Position numbers and translations under genes: made by a program. A stretch of DNA of 64,000 nt from an uncultured archaeon (GTDB lineage Archaea; Asgardarchaeota; Lokiarchaeia; Sigyniarchaeales; SOKP01): NCBI GenBank assembly GCA_964525635.1, contig CAZGJX010000004.1, positions 16,144 through 80,143 of the forward strand. The letters are read 5' to 3'. The stretch's first letter is position 1. Each line of letters begins with the position of its first letter. The notes under the pieces were generated by a model. That model was not told the DNA's origin, did not search any database, and was given only the letters and a program-made list of their open reading frames with translations. Positions 19,157 through 28,670 of the stretch are shown here, one piece after another.

Positions 19157-20767
19157 CTAATAAAATTCTATATTTAAAATTCTCATTAATTCGTCCTTAT
19201 TTTGAATTTCTTTAATTGGAGCATCGTAGTATATCTTATTTGCTTTTAAATGTTCATGTTTGGATGTTATTGAGAATGGTAATATGGTAACATCGTCTTC
19301 AATTACATTTCCAGGAGCAATACAACATCCATCACATATTACCACACGATTACTTATTTTAATTCCTTTTACAGTCAATACTCTATCCCATAATTGGTTT
19401 GTGAGTAATATTTTCCCAAGATAAGAATTTTCACCAATATTTATAAATTCTTTAGAAAGATACATATCTTCAATTACAGTCCCTTTACCAATAGAACATC
19501 CACCAATATAATTGAATACTGGCTTAATTAACCACGGATAGGGGCCTCTCTGGATTTTCCATTTTGCATATCTGAGTAAGAAAGAACGTAAGAAATAGAA
19601 ATCATAATCTACGGTTTTTTGTGACCAATGGAATATACCTTCTTTTGGTTTATTAATTCGACTTATTATATAATATAAGAATTTAGTGATCAACACCACT
19701 AATAGGATATTAAGAATATGAAAACATAATAAGATTAATGGTGTGAAAACAAGAATCAAATTTGAAATATTTGTAATAATTAATGGGGAGGATGAAGGTG
19801 ATGCTAATACGTATGGATAAAAAACACCAGCAAAATAGAGATAAAGGCCAAAAAATACTATTATATATGATCCTACATAAACAAGTACCCAAATACCAAT
19901 ATATGTTGGAATTCTCATTATGAATTTATTTTCAGGTATTTTTTTCTGTGTTATTAAATTTAAAATTTCATTTGATTGGATTTTATCTTCTTCAGATTCT
20001 TCTATTGAATCATTAAATAAGTCATAAGAGAGGTCCGTATTATTACACACTTTCCCAGCAGGGTATCCGGAATAAATTGAGTCTGATTCTAATATTTGAT
20101 TTATCTTCGTCATAGAAAGCGTGTTTAGAGTAGAATTCTTTTTTATATTTGTCCCCGGAGATACATAAGAATGAGGGCCTATATTTACATTATCATCAAT
20201 AACAATTTTTTTTATTACTAAATAATTTCCAAAGATCATACATGATTTAATGAAACTTCCTTTACCTATGATGATATTACTTCCCAACTCAATAAATTCT
20301 GTATCAATATTTCCATTGTTTATACTATTTGATAATGAAGTTTTTACTCCAAATAACGTTAAAAAAACGTTATTTAATAATGATGAAGGAATAAGACTTA
20401 AAGTCCATATTGGCCATTTTTTTATTACAGCTCGTAAACTCCAGAAATAATAATCGCGATTTGATTTCTTTCTTTCAAATACTCCTTCTTTAGGTGTATG
20501 AATTAGATTTATTAGACTTATAAATAATTTTGATACAATAAATGATGATACAACAATAATATAATATCCAATGAGGATTTGAATAGGTAAAAGTAAAAAA
20601 AATAGAAGCTTATTTTCCTCAACTAATTTCCAAAACAGAAGAGATTCTATTAATAGCAAATAGAAACTTATCCAAATATTACTAATATAAATAATCAGGA
20701 ATTTTTTTGATGCAAGTGTATTAGTTGAATAAGGACCATCTCTCGTAGAAGTAGGGGTGCTTGTCAT
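19157..20767 (-). CDS. Membrane-anchored left-handed beta-helix protein, two tandem modules (paralogue of 18381..19124)
   Basis: 536 aa. The module is repeated twice: TM helices, then HTPKEGVF..YYFWSLR or NKPKEGIF..DFYFLRS, then hexapeptide-repeat segments. Confidence 0.6.
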   Translation of the reverse strand: MTSTPTSTRDGPYSTNTLASKKFLIIYISNIWISFYLLLIESLLFWKLVEENKLLFFLLLPIQILIGYYIIVVSSFIVSKLFISLINLIHTPKEGVFERKKSNRDYYFWSLRAVIKKWPIWTLSLIPSSLLNNVFLTLFGVKTSLSNSINNGNIDTEFIELGSNIIIGKGSFIKSCMIFGNYLVIKKIVIDDNVNIGPHSYVSPGTNIKKNSTLNTLSMTKINQILESDSIYSGYPAGKVCNNTDLSYDLFNDSIEESEEDKIQSNEILNLITQKKIPENKFIMRIPTYIGIWVLVYVGSYIIVFFGLYLYFAGVFYPYVLASPSSSPLIITNISNLILVFTPLILLCFHILNILLVVLITKFLYYIISRINKPKEGIFHWSQKTVDYDFYFLRSFLLRYAKWKIQRGPYPWLIKPVFNYIGGCSIGKGTVIEDMYLSKEFINIGENSYLGKILLTNQLWDRVLTVKGIKISNRVVICDGCCIAPGNVIEDDVTILPFSITSKHEHLKANKIYYDAPIKEIQNKDELMRILNIEFY

Positions 20768-20960
20768 ATAAAAATACTGAACTTATCTTTCTCTTAAAAC
20801 ATATTATTTTTTTTAAGAATTAAATTTTCTGAATTTATAATTTAACTATCAAATATCTTTAATATTTATAACAAATAAATGTTTAAATATTGATTATTGT
20901 TTAATCTTATAGGATAAATATGTTTTTTTTATATTTTAATGCTTAAAAGTTGTATATAAT

Positions 20961-21989
20961 ATGCCAAATTGTTATCATTGTGGAAAAGAATATGAGGAAT
21001 TAAATTATTGTAATAATTGTGGTCAATATTATTGTTACTTGCATAAAGAACAAATAGATCATGAATGTAATATTGTTAAAGAAGCCGGAGAAATGATTAA
21101 TAATCAATTCAATTCAAATAACCAAACAGTACCTTATTTTTCATCATCACAAGAAGATTCTACTTTTGAAGGTGTTTCACATCCATCATTATCTTCAAAT
21201 GAAGCTGAATCGCTCTCAGGAAGTAGAACTGATGGAAGTTTTGTATGGTATAGGAGAGAATCAAATGTACCTCAAAATGCTTTTGATCCAAATTCTGGTA
21301 TTGAGTTTAAAGGAATTCTATTACCCTATCACTCAGAATTAACGCATTTATTAATAGGATGTCTTTTAATATATATTATTGGCCTCATTGGATTTTACAG
21401 ACCAGATCAACAAGCTGTTTTAAATGCTAGTGGATATGGATGGATAATATTTATGCTTGGAGGATTTTATACAACAGCATTCCTATTCCACGAATTAGGG
21501 CATCGTCAAGTGGCCATTCATTTTGGCCTTCAGACTAAGTTTAGATTATTAAAATTTGGTATGATAATAACAGTATTTGGATTAATAATGGGAGTTATGT
21601 CTTTAGTAAATAGAACCCAAGCATTACCTTCACTAGCATTGCCTGGTGCCGTAGTGGTTTTAGGTTTGGATAAAATAGATAGAAAAACAGGATTATGTAA
21701 AACAGCTGGACCTTTAATAAATCTTATCTATGGATCTATAATATTAATAATTTCATTTTTGGTTCCAATTTATCCAATTAATCTATTTTTGGGATTATCA
21801 GCATCATTAAATTTTATGCTTGGTCTATTTAATTTAATACCCATTGGAATTCTAGATGGAGAAAACATATTTAAATGGAATAAAAAGGTATATTTTTTAC
21901 TTGTTATATCTATGCTTATTCTAATAATAATTAATTATCTCTGTATTTATTTACCCACTGAAACTAATCCATATTATCAAGTTATCTGA
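20961..21989 (+). CDS. AN1 zinc finger fused to an M50 site-2 protease-like intramembrane metalloprotease
   Basis: AN1 pattern CYHCGKEYEELNYCNNCGQYYCYLHKEQIDHEC. M50 motifs FHELGHRQ (HExxH) and FNLIPIGILDG in TM segments. Confidence 0.75.
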   Translation: MPNCYHCGKEYEELNYCNNCGQYYCYLHKEQIDHECNIVKEAGEMINNQFNSNNQTVPYFSSSQEDSTFEGVSHPSLSSNEAESLSGSRTDGSFVWYRRESNVPQNAFDPNSGIEFKGILLPYHSELTHLLIGCLLIYIIGLIGFYRPDQQAVLNASGYGWIIFMLGGFYTTAFLFHELGHRQVAIHFGLQTKFRLLKFGMIITVFGLIMGVMSLVNRTQALPSLALPGAVVVLGLDKIDRKTGLCKTAGPLINLIYGSIILIISFLVPIYPINLFLGLSASLNFMLGLFNLIPIGILDGENIFKWNKKVYFLLVISMLILIIINYLCIYLPTETNPYYQVI

Positions 21990-22180
21990 TTTTTTAAAAT
22001 AATTTTTTTTAATTTTTTAATTAATATAATGGCATATGCTCAAGCATTCAATTATAAAAATAGTTGTTAGTTAAAATTATCAATTATCATAACATTAATT
22101 ACATAGGAGTTATTTTTAATTTTAATTTTAAAGTAATTAAAATATTTCAATAAAAAATTGAAAAAGTATAGGTCAGGAAA

Positions 22181-23107
22181 GTGCCTTTTTGTGAACATTG
22201 TGGGGATGAAATGGGATATCTCCCATTTAAATGTAAATATTGTGGTGGAACATTTTGTAAGGAGCATAGACTTCCAGAAAATCATAATTGTACCTTTGAA
22301 ATAAAACATACACCGACAGTTTCAACGCAAAGGAAGAAAAGAGACATTAAGTACGAGGATAAAGAGATTATAAAATATTCTCCTTCAAGTGAAGGAAAAA
22401 AAATGGAAAAATTTTTGAAAAAACAAGAAAAACAGAGAAGGAATGCACGGAAGATTTATGAACACCAGATTAAAGATTCTAATATAAGATCGATAGGTAT
22501 TTATTTAATAATAGTAGTTTTAGTAGTTTCTATACTTGGTTCTATAAAGGAATTATCAGAGTATATTTGTCTTAGTTCTCGAAGTTTTTTCCAATATCAT
22601 TACTGGACTTTTCTTACTTCTATTTTTAGTACTACTCCATCAGACATATTTGGTTTATTCATTTTATTTATTATGTTAATTATCTTTTTTAATATGATTA
22701 AAATCATTGAGTTGAGATTTGGAGGTAAATTTTTATTACAATTATATTTACTTTGTACATTATTTGCATTTATTATATATGTATTAATCTGGTTACCAAT
22801 TGAATTATTATCACTTGAAGAAATATATATGCCAATTGGTTTAGCTTATAGTGGATTATTAGGAGTTATAGCCTTTTTAATATATTTTAATATTAATTCA
22901 GAAATGACAATGTTGCTTTTCTTTATTCCAATAAGGATGAAGGGAAAAGTGCTTTTATTATTATTAGTACTTTTACAAGTTATTCCTGCTGTATTATTTG
23001 CTGCTTTTATTATGAGTCCCTTACCTTTCGCATTATATTTACCTAATTTAGGTGGTTTATTAGCTTCATATTTAATATTTAGATATAAATTTAGAAAAAT
23101 AATGTAA
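22181..23107 (+). CDS. AN1 zinc finger fused to a rhomboid-family membrane domain, possibly catalytically altered
   Basis: AN1 pattern [34 protein letters not shown]. Rhomboid-like motifs [19 protein letters not shown] and GLAYSGLLG (Ser present). The TM6 position reads PNLGG where AHLGG is expected. Confidence 0.65.
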   Translation: MPFCEHCGDEMGYLPFKCKYCGGTFCKEHRLPENHNCTFEIKHTPTVSTQRKKRDIKYEDKEIIKYSPSSEGKKMEKFLKKQEKQRRNARKIYEHQIKDSNIRSIGIYLIIVVLVVSILGSIKELSEYICLSSRSFFQYHYWTFLTSIFSTTPSDIFGLFILFIMLIIFFNMIKIIELRFGGKFLLQLYLLCTLFAFIIYVLIWLPIELLSLEEIYMPIGLAYSGLLGVIAFLIYFNINSEMTMLLFFIPIRMKGKVLLLLLVLLQVIPAVLFAAFIMSPLPFALYLPNLGGLLASYLIFRYKFRKIM

Positions 23108-23187
23108 TTTTATTTTTTTTATAGTATAATAATTCATAAAAATTATCAATAACATATCTTTATTTTTTTTATTCTATAATAAAGAAG

Positions 23188-23889
23188 TTGATAACCAAAC
23201 TTTTAAAGAATATATTTATGCCAGAAAATGCAAAGTTATCTAGAATTATTGAATTAAACGAAGATTTAATTGAAAATAATGATGAAATTGCTGCTAATAA
23301 TAATAAGATTTTTCAGAAAAATAATATAAAATCTTTTGAATTTGTTGGAGCTATTGGAGCTGGAAAAACTTCTATAATAGAAGTTATACTAAAAAATATT
23401 TCGAATAAATATAAAACCTTAGTCATTAACGGAGATGTAGCTACTAGAGTTGATGCTGATAGAATTGAAAAAATGGGAGTAAAAACAATACAAATTAATA
23501 CAGGACGAGAATGTGCTTTAAATGCTTATCATATTTCTCAAGTCATACATAATATTGATATACATGACTATAACACCATTATTATAGAAAATGTCGGAAA
23601 TTTAATCTGTCCTTCTGATTTTATATTAGGAGTTGATAAGAGGATTGTTATAGTATCTATCACAGAAGGAGAATGGGTTATAAAAAAGCATCCAATTCTC
23701 TTTAAATCATCAGACATAGCAATAATTAATAAAATAGATCTTTTAGATGTTATTAATATTAATCTTGAAAATATGATAAATGATGCAAAACAAATCAATC
23801 CAAATCTAACAATTTTTAATACTAGTGCGATAACTGGTGAAAATATTGAAAATCTAATCAATATGTTGATAGAAGAAAAAATTCATTAA
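23188..23889 (+). CDS. hypB: HypB-type G3E GTPase (hydrogenase/urease nickel insertion family)
   Basis: P-loop GAIGAGKTS, ENVGNLICPSDF, and INKIDLL as an NKxD-like motif. Confidence 0.8.
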   Translation: MITKLLKNIFMPENAKLSRIIELNEDLIENNDEIAANNNKIFQKNNIKSFEFVGAIGAGKTSIIEVILKNISNKYKTLVINGDVATRVDADRIEKMGVKTIQINTGRECALNAYHISQVIHNIDIHDYNTIIIENVGNLICPSDFILGVDKRIVIVSITEGEWVIKKHPILFKSSDIAIINKIDLLDVININLENMINDAKQINPNLTIFNTSAITGENIENLINMLIEEKIH

Positions 23890-23939
23890 TTGAAGATTAC
23901 TTTATAAAATTATAAAATAAATGAATAATATAGTCTATC

Positions 23940-24356
23940 ATGTCAATTAGCAGAGAATATAATACAGAATTACAAAAATTAATAGATAAAATCGTAAAAG
24001 TATATATAGATAATGAACAATTTTTTGTAGGTCAATTAAAAGGTGTATCTGAAAATTCAAATCTTATCCTTGTTAACGCAAAAGATAAAAAAAATAAAGA
24101 TTATCCTACGATTTTAATTCGAAGTTCTTATTATAAATACTTGACTGTTGAAGAAGAGCCATTTCCAATGCAAGCTTTAGCTGATCGAATTGCTACGATA
24201 TTTTCAAAAGGTCATGTTTCTTATATTGAAGATCAAAACATGATTTCAATCTTAAATGGAAAAATTCTTGTCGATGAAGATGGAGTTAGAGGTAGTGGCC
24301 CATCAGCAGATAGAGTAAAAAAAATTTTTGAACAATTTAAAATGGATCTGGAATAA
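23940..24356 (+). CDS. Sm-like (LSm) domain protein with a C-terminal extension
   Basis: Sm1/Sm2-like pattern KIVKVYIDNEQFFVGQLKGVSENSNLILVNA...ILIRSSYYKYL. Confidence 0.55.
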   Translation: MSISREYNTELQKLIDKIVKVYIDNEQFFVGQLKGVSENSNLILVNAKDKKNKDYPTILIRSSYYKYLTVEEEPFPMQALADRIATIFSKGHVSYIEDQNMISILNGKILVDEDGVRGSGPSADRVKKIFEQFKMDLE

Positions 24357-24376
24357 TTTTAGTCTTTTTAATTTTA

Positions 24377-24883
24377 TTATTCTTTTTTAAAAACATCAAT
24401 TAGATTTTTTAATTGTAAGTTTTGAATAATATTTTTCATTAATGCTTTACCTAATGGTGAAACTTGAATGATCTCTAAGTCATTTATGGATAATTTTCTT
24501 AAATAGTCATTTTTTAGTAAGAATTTTATATCAGAGTCCCAGACTTCTGAAAAAATTTCATTAATATCTGAAAATTTAAGATTTTCATCAATCTCTTTAC
24601 TTAATGCTGTGATTAAAGCAAGAGTTCCATATTGACTAGGAGTTATAGTATCATCTATTCCATCTGATGTTAAAATATAATATTTCTGCTCTAAAAATTT
24701 AGTTGTTATTAATTCAAATCCAATTTCTTTTAGATTATCATAAATGAAATTTATTATTTGATGAAAATCCAATGAAGGATCACATAAATTAATCAGGTCT
24801 TCTTCTCGAACCATCTTTTGCTCATTAGTTAGAATAAGCTTAGTTATTTTTTTTATAGTTTCTTGAATATAATCATCTTGCAA
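24377..24883 (-). CDS. Hypothetical protein with weak ScpB/kite-like winged-helix resemblance
   Basis: 168 aa and the last gene of the 29909->24377 minus-strand operon. The segment ITPSQYGTLALITALSKEI...IKFLLKNDYLRKL resembles the ScpB LS.a.letLA...L...glI pattern. This is a by-eye resemblance only. Confidence 0.4.
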   Translation of the reverse strand: MQDDYIQETIKKITKLILTNEQKMVREEDLINLCDPSLDFHQIINFIYDNLKEIGFELITTKFLEQKYYILTSDGIDDTITPSQYGTLALITALSKEIDENLKFSDINEIFSEVWDSDIKFLLKNDYLRKLSINDLEIIQVSPLGKALMKNIIQNLQLKNLIDVFKKE

Positions 24884-24903
24884 TTCTTTTATTAACCTCT
24901 CTT

Positions 24904-26508
24904 CTAAATCTCTATTAAATTGATATTATTTATAGTTTTTTTCATTTCAAGATTTGAGATTAAAAAAATAAGATTGAAATCTTTTAAATCTTTATTACTC
25001 TCAAATATTGGGACTATTTTTTCTATTGTTCTAAATAAAGACCCTCTCTTATTAAATCTTTGATTGATAAAGAGATTTGAAAAAATGATATCTTTGTTAT
25101 TTAAAACAATCATGATAGAAATAAAAAACATAACTACGAAGAAAATTTTCTCCGGAGTTGTTAATTCTTTAAAAAGTGATGATTCTTTATTATTTCGAAT
25201 AAAATTAGGCTGAATTAAAAATTTTTTATCCTTATTATCTATTTTTATATTGAAGTTTATTTCTAAATTAATTGTAATTAAAAACTGATTTATTAATTGT
25301 TCAATGTTATTCGTTAATAATTCAAGATCTCTAAATTTTGCAATACTTGAAGTTATAATTTTAATTTCTGGAGGAAAAATTAAATTATCATTATTAGTTT
25401 TGATATTTTTAATGATATTTGAAATTTGATTGTTTATATTTTTGAAATTTTTAATATTATTTTCATTAAAATCTTGTATAGAATTTTTTATTTGCTTCAT
25501 TTCTCTGTTGATATAATCCATTTCTTTTTGAATTTCTTCATGAGATCTAATATTATTTAGCTGAAGAGGTTTTATTTTATTAAATTGATCTTGATTATTA
25601 TCAGATAAAATTTGTTTAATTTCATTTTGGATCTTTTTTATTTGAATCTCTTGGTTCTCTATAGTAGATTTTAATGAATTGTAGTCTTTTTCATATACTT
25701 TAAATTTAGGATCAATTTTATCTAAATTTTCAATTTCAAGATCTAGATTTGATTTTATTCGATTAATTTCATCATGAACCGATTTTGCTTCCTCTCGAAG
25801 TTTCATTATCATTTCTGAATTAGATAGGTCAGTCTCCATAAAAGAATTGTCCTTCTTAAAATTAGGATCTTCCATACTTCTCGTAATTTTATTGATCTCA
25901 CTGAATTTTTGTTTTTTTTGATTTGATAGATCTCTAATTTGGTTTTTATTTTTGTCAATTGTTTTTAAGATTTGATCTCTCTGATCTCTTATATTAAAGA
26001 AATCTTTTCCTAAAAAAGATAATTTTTCCTCGGTTTTAATTATATTTTTATTTAATTTATTTAATAGATCTGTTTTTGCTGATAATATACTTGATTTATC
26101 TTTAATTTTAGATAATTCTAATTCATGTGTTAAAGATTTTTTTTTAAATCTTAAAAGATTAAGGTCTAAAATAGACAAAAATGATTCTAAAGTATTAATA
26201 TATTCACTAAGAATTGAGATATTATTATCTGAGATTATTCTAAACAAGTTTAAAAATTCTAAAATCATATTATATTCTTCTAATTTCTTATAGGAAACAT
26301 TAATATCACTTAAAAACTTTAGAAAATGATCTATTGGTATAGAATCAAAATCTTCAAAAGATTCAAATTTCTCAATGATTTTATACGAATTTAACTGTTC
26401 TTTTTCAAAATTTCCTGAAATTAAAGTGTATTTATCCTTGATAGGAATTGTTTTATCTCCAATTGAAACTTCAATTTTATTATTAGATATTTTTAACCAC
26501 AGTTTTAT
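24904..26508 (-). CDS. Coiled-coil Rad50/SMC-like protein with degenerate ATPase motifs; start codon unresolved
   Basis: The track ORF starts at Met 26268, but the frame is open for 89 more codons (to 26535) with no ATG/GTG/TTG. The extension reads KLWLKISNNKIEVSIGDKTIPIKDKYTLISGNFEKEQ, a Rad50/SMC N-terminal layout with Walker A lost. The C-terminus has LTTPEKIFFVVMFFISIM, at the position of the LSGGEK signature, then IIFSNLF at the Walker B/D-loop position. A long heptad-rich middle region separates them. Confidence 0.5.
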   Translation of the reverse strand: MKLWLKISNNKIEVSIGDKTIPIKDKYTLISGNFEKEQLNSYKIIEKFESFEDFDSIPIDHFLKFLSDINVSYKKLEEYNMILEFLNLFRIISDNNISILSEYINTLESFLSILDLNLLRFKKKSLTHELELSKIKDKSSILSAKTDLLNKLNKNIIKTEEKLSFLGKDFFNIRDQRDQILKTIDKNKNQIRDLSNQKKQKFSEINKITRSMEDPNFKKDNSFMETDLSNSEMIMKLREEAKSVHDEINRIKSNLDLEIENLDKIDPKFKVYEKDYNSLKSTIENQEIQIKKIQNEIKQILSDNNQDQFNKIKPLQLNNIRSHEEIQKEMDYINREMKQIKNSIQDFNENNIKNFKNINNQISNIIKNIKTNNDNLIFPPEIKIITSSIAKFRDLELLTNNIEQLINQFLITINLEINFNIKIDNKDKKFLIQPNFIRNNKESSLFKELTTPEKIFFVVMFFISIMIVLNNKDIIFSNLFINQRFNKRGSLFRTIEKIVPIFESNKDLKDFNLIFLISNLEMKKTINNINLIEI

Positions 26509-27560
26509 TATTTTTTTAACTTGTCTATAAATTCCTTATATTCTTCTTCTTTTTTCTTTTTTCTCTCACGAATAATATTGATAGGATCTTTACTATCATC
26601 TTCCTGAATCAGATATTTATCTTCAAATGTATTCTCAAATTTTGATTTGAATTTTTTTATTTTTTCTGCTACATCTTCACTTAAACTCTCCTCTTTTTTG
26701 GGTTTTTCAGCAATTTCAGAAAGTTTTTCTCTTTTTTTTTTTCGTCTTCTCCTCTGAAATTCTTTATCAGAGTATTTAAAATAATCTTCATATGATTTTT
26801 TTTGTTCTTCTTGTGTCTTCTTTAGTACTTCTAATTTTTGCTTTTCTTTTGCTTTTTCAATTAAAACTTTTCTTTTTTTTAATTCTTGTTCAGATAACTC
26901 CTTTTCAATATTTATAATAAATTGATTAAATGTAAGAGAAGGATTTTTTAAAAAAGCTTGTTTAAAATCCTTTATTATTATAGGATCAGTATCCTCAGGA
27001 ATTTCTAAAATTCTTTTTTTTAATTTTTTCTTGATTAGAATTTTATAAAAATCATAAATCTTATCTATCGTTTTTAAGAATAATGTATTATTATGAAGAG
27101 AATCAAGTAAATCAGACCAATAATTAGCAGTTATTGAGGGAATATAAGATATTTTTTCTATTATTCTTGATATTTTCTTATTTTCAATTAAATACAATCC
27201 AATGGTTTTAGTTAATTTATTATTGAGGTTTATTCTTTTTAATTGGTTTGCATAAATATCTTTATACTTTTTAATTAAAGTATCTTGAAATATAATAAAT
27301 TTATTTAAATTTTTTTGTGTAATATCCAATAACTTATGATTTATATTTTCTACGTTTACAGAGATTTCTTTAATAACTAATACTAAATCTTCTTTATCTA
27401 TCTTATTTTCTATATTTTCACTCAATTCAATATATCTATCATATATAGAATGAAGAGAGTCTAATTTTCCATGCAATTCTTCAATTGGACTAAAATATTT
27501 CCTAATATTGTCAAGATCAAATATTTTAGATTCCATAAATATCACCTTTAAAATAATCAA
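26508..27560 (-). CDS. Hypothetical protein with a Lys/Glu-rich coiled-coil C-terminus
   Basis: 350 aa ORF lying 6 nt downstream of the AAA+ gene. It shows no recognisable catalytic motif. The probable start is the internal MESKIFDL. Confidence 0.5.
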   Translation of the reverse strand: MIILKVIFMESKIFDLDNIRKYFSPIEELHGKLDSLHSIYDRYIELSENIENKIDKEDLVLVIKEISVNVENINHKLLDITQKNLNKFIIFQDTLIKKYKDIYANQLKRINLNNKLTKTIGLYLIENKKISRIIEKISYIPSITANYWSDLLDSLHNNTLFLKTIDKIYDFYKILIKKKLKKRILEIPEDTDPIIIKDFKQAFLKNPSLTFNQFIINIEKELSEQELKKRKVLIEKAKEKQKLEVLKKTQEEQKKSYEDYFKYSDKEFQRRRRKKKREKLSEIAEKPKKEESLSEDVAEKIKKFKSKFENTFEDKYLIQEDDSKDPINIIRERKKKKEEEYKEFIDKLKK

Positions 27561-27566
27561 ATATCT

Positions 27567-28653
27567 TTAAATCTCTTTGGGACCCATTGATTTTTTTTTA
27601 TTTAAGTTATATTTTAGATTTTTTTCTTCTGTTTGTTTTGAAATACTTACTATGTCTTGTCTTTCTACATGAACTGCTGTACCACCTACAAGCTGAATTG
27701 ATTTAAGAAAAAGATCGTAAGTGAGGAGTCCTGTCTGGATTACTTTAAATAAAGCAACTCTTGTTCCTCTTTCAATATCAGATCCAGAATATCCAATTGT
27801 TAATTTTAATAAACCGCCATTATGCATTTTTCTATCAACTTCATTCCATAATAAGTTATCTTCAAACTCAGAAATGTTTCTATTTAATTTAGATTCTAAA
27901 TTTTGATGGATCTCTTTAATCTTCTTAAATTCTTTATCTAAAGAATCATGAATGCTACTATCAACACCAATATTAGCCTTCTCTATTTTATCTAAAAATG
28001 ATTCTATAATCATTTTACGTAATTCATAATTAGGAAAATTGAATCTTAAATGAAAAGTAAATCGACGCCACATTGCAGAATCAAGTTGATGAGAATGATT
28101 AGTAGCACCCACTATAGCTAAGGCTATTCCTTCATAATTAACTCGGTCAATAACCTGTAAAAATGATATGACCGCTCGTTTTATTTCTCCGACTTCATGT
28201 ATATTTGACCTTTCAGAGCCAATAGCATCAATCTCATCAAAAAATAAAACAAATGCACCATTTTCTTTGGCAATTTCAGCAGATAACTCCACAACATTTC
28301 TGATATTTTTTATAGTGTCTCCTAGTAAAGGTGATACTAATCTATCGGATTCAACTACACACATAGGAAGTTCATATTGTTTAGAAAATGCTCTTGTTAA
28401 AGATGTTTTTCCTGTGCCTGGTGGCCCATATAATAAAATAGTTAAATTCGGAGATAATTTGGTCTTTTTTAATTGTACAGAAACTTCATCATATTTTTTA
28501 AGAGCCTTGAAAAAATCTTCTAATCTCTCCTTTATTGCCTCATTTCCCTTAATATCGTCAATACTTTCCTTAATATCATCAGGTAAATAAACAGCACCAT
28601 ATTTACCTAATCTATCCTTTATTTCTTCGTCTGTATAAGTAATTTTTATGCAT
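27567..28653 (-). CDS. Classical AAA+ ATPase; 5' end needs a non-canonical start or a 1-nt correction
   Basis: The track ORF starts at MCVVESD, downstream of Walker A. The same frame upstream reads ..ITYTDEEIKDRLGKYGAVYLPDDIKES..NLTILLYGPPGTGKTSLTRAF (my translation). Walker B is VLFFDEIDAIG, followed by sensor ATN and an Arg-finger region SAMWRRF. The only ATG (28653) is in the +1 frame, ahead of an A5 run. Confidence 0.75.
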
Positions 28654-28670
28654 CTCTTTTTTCTATTATT

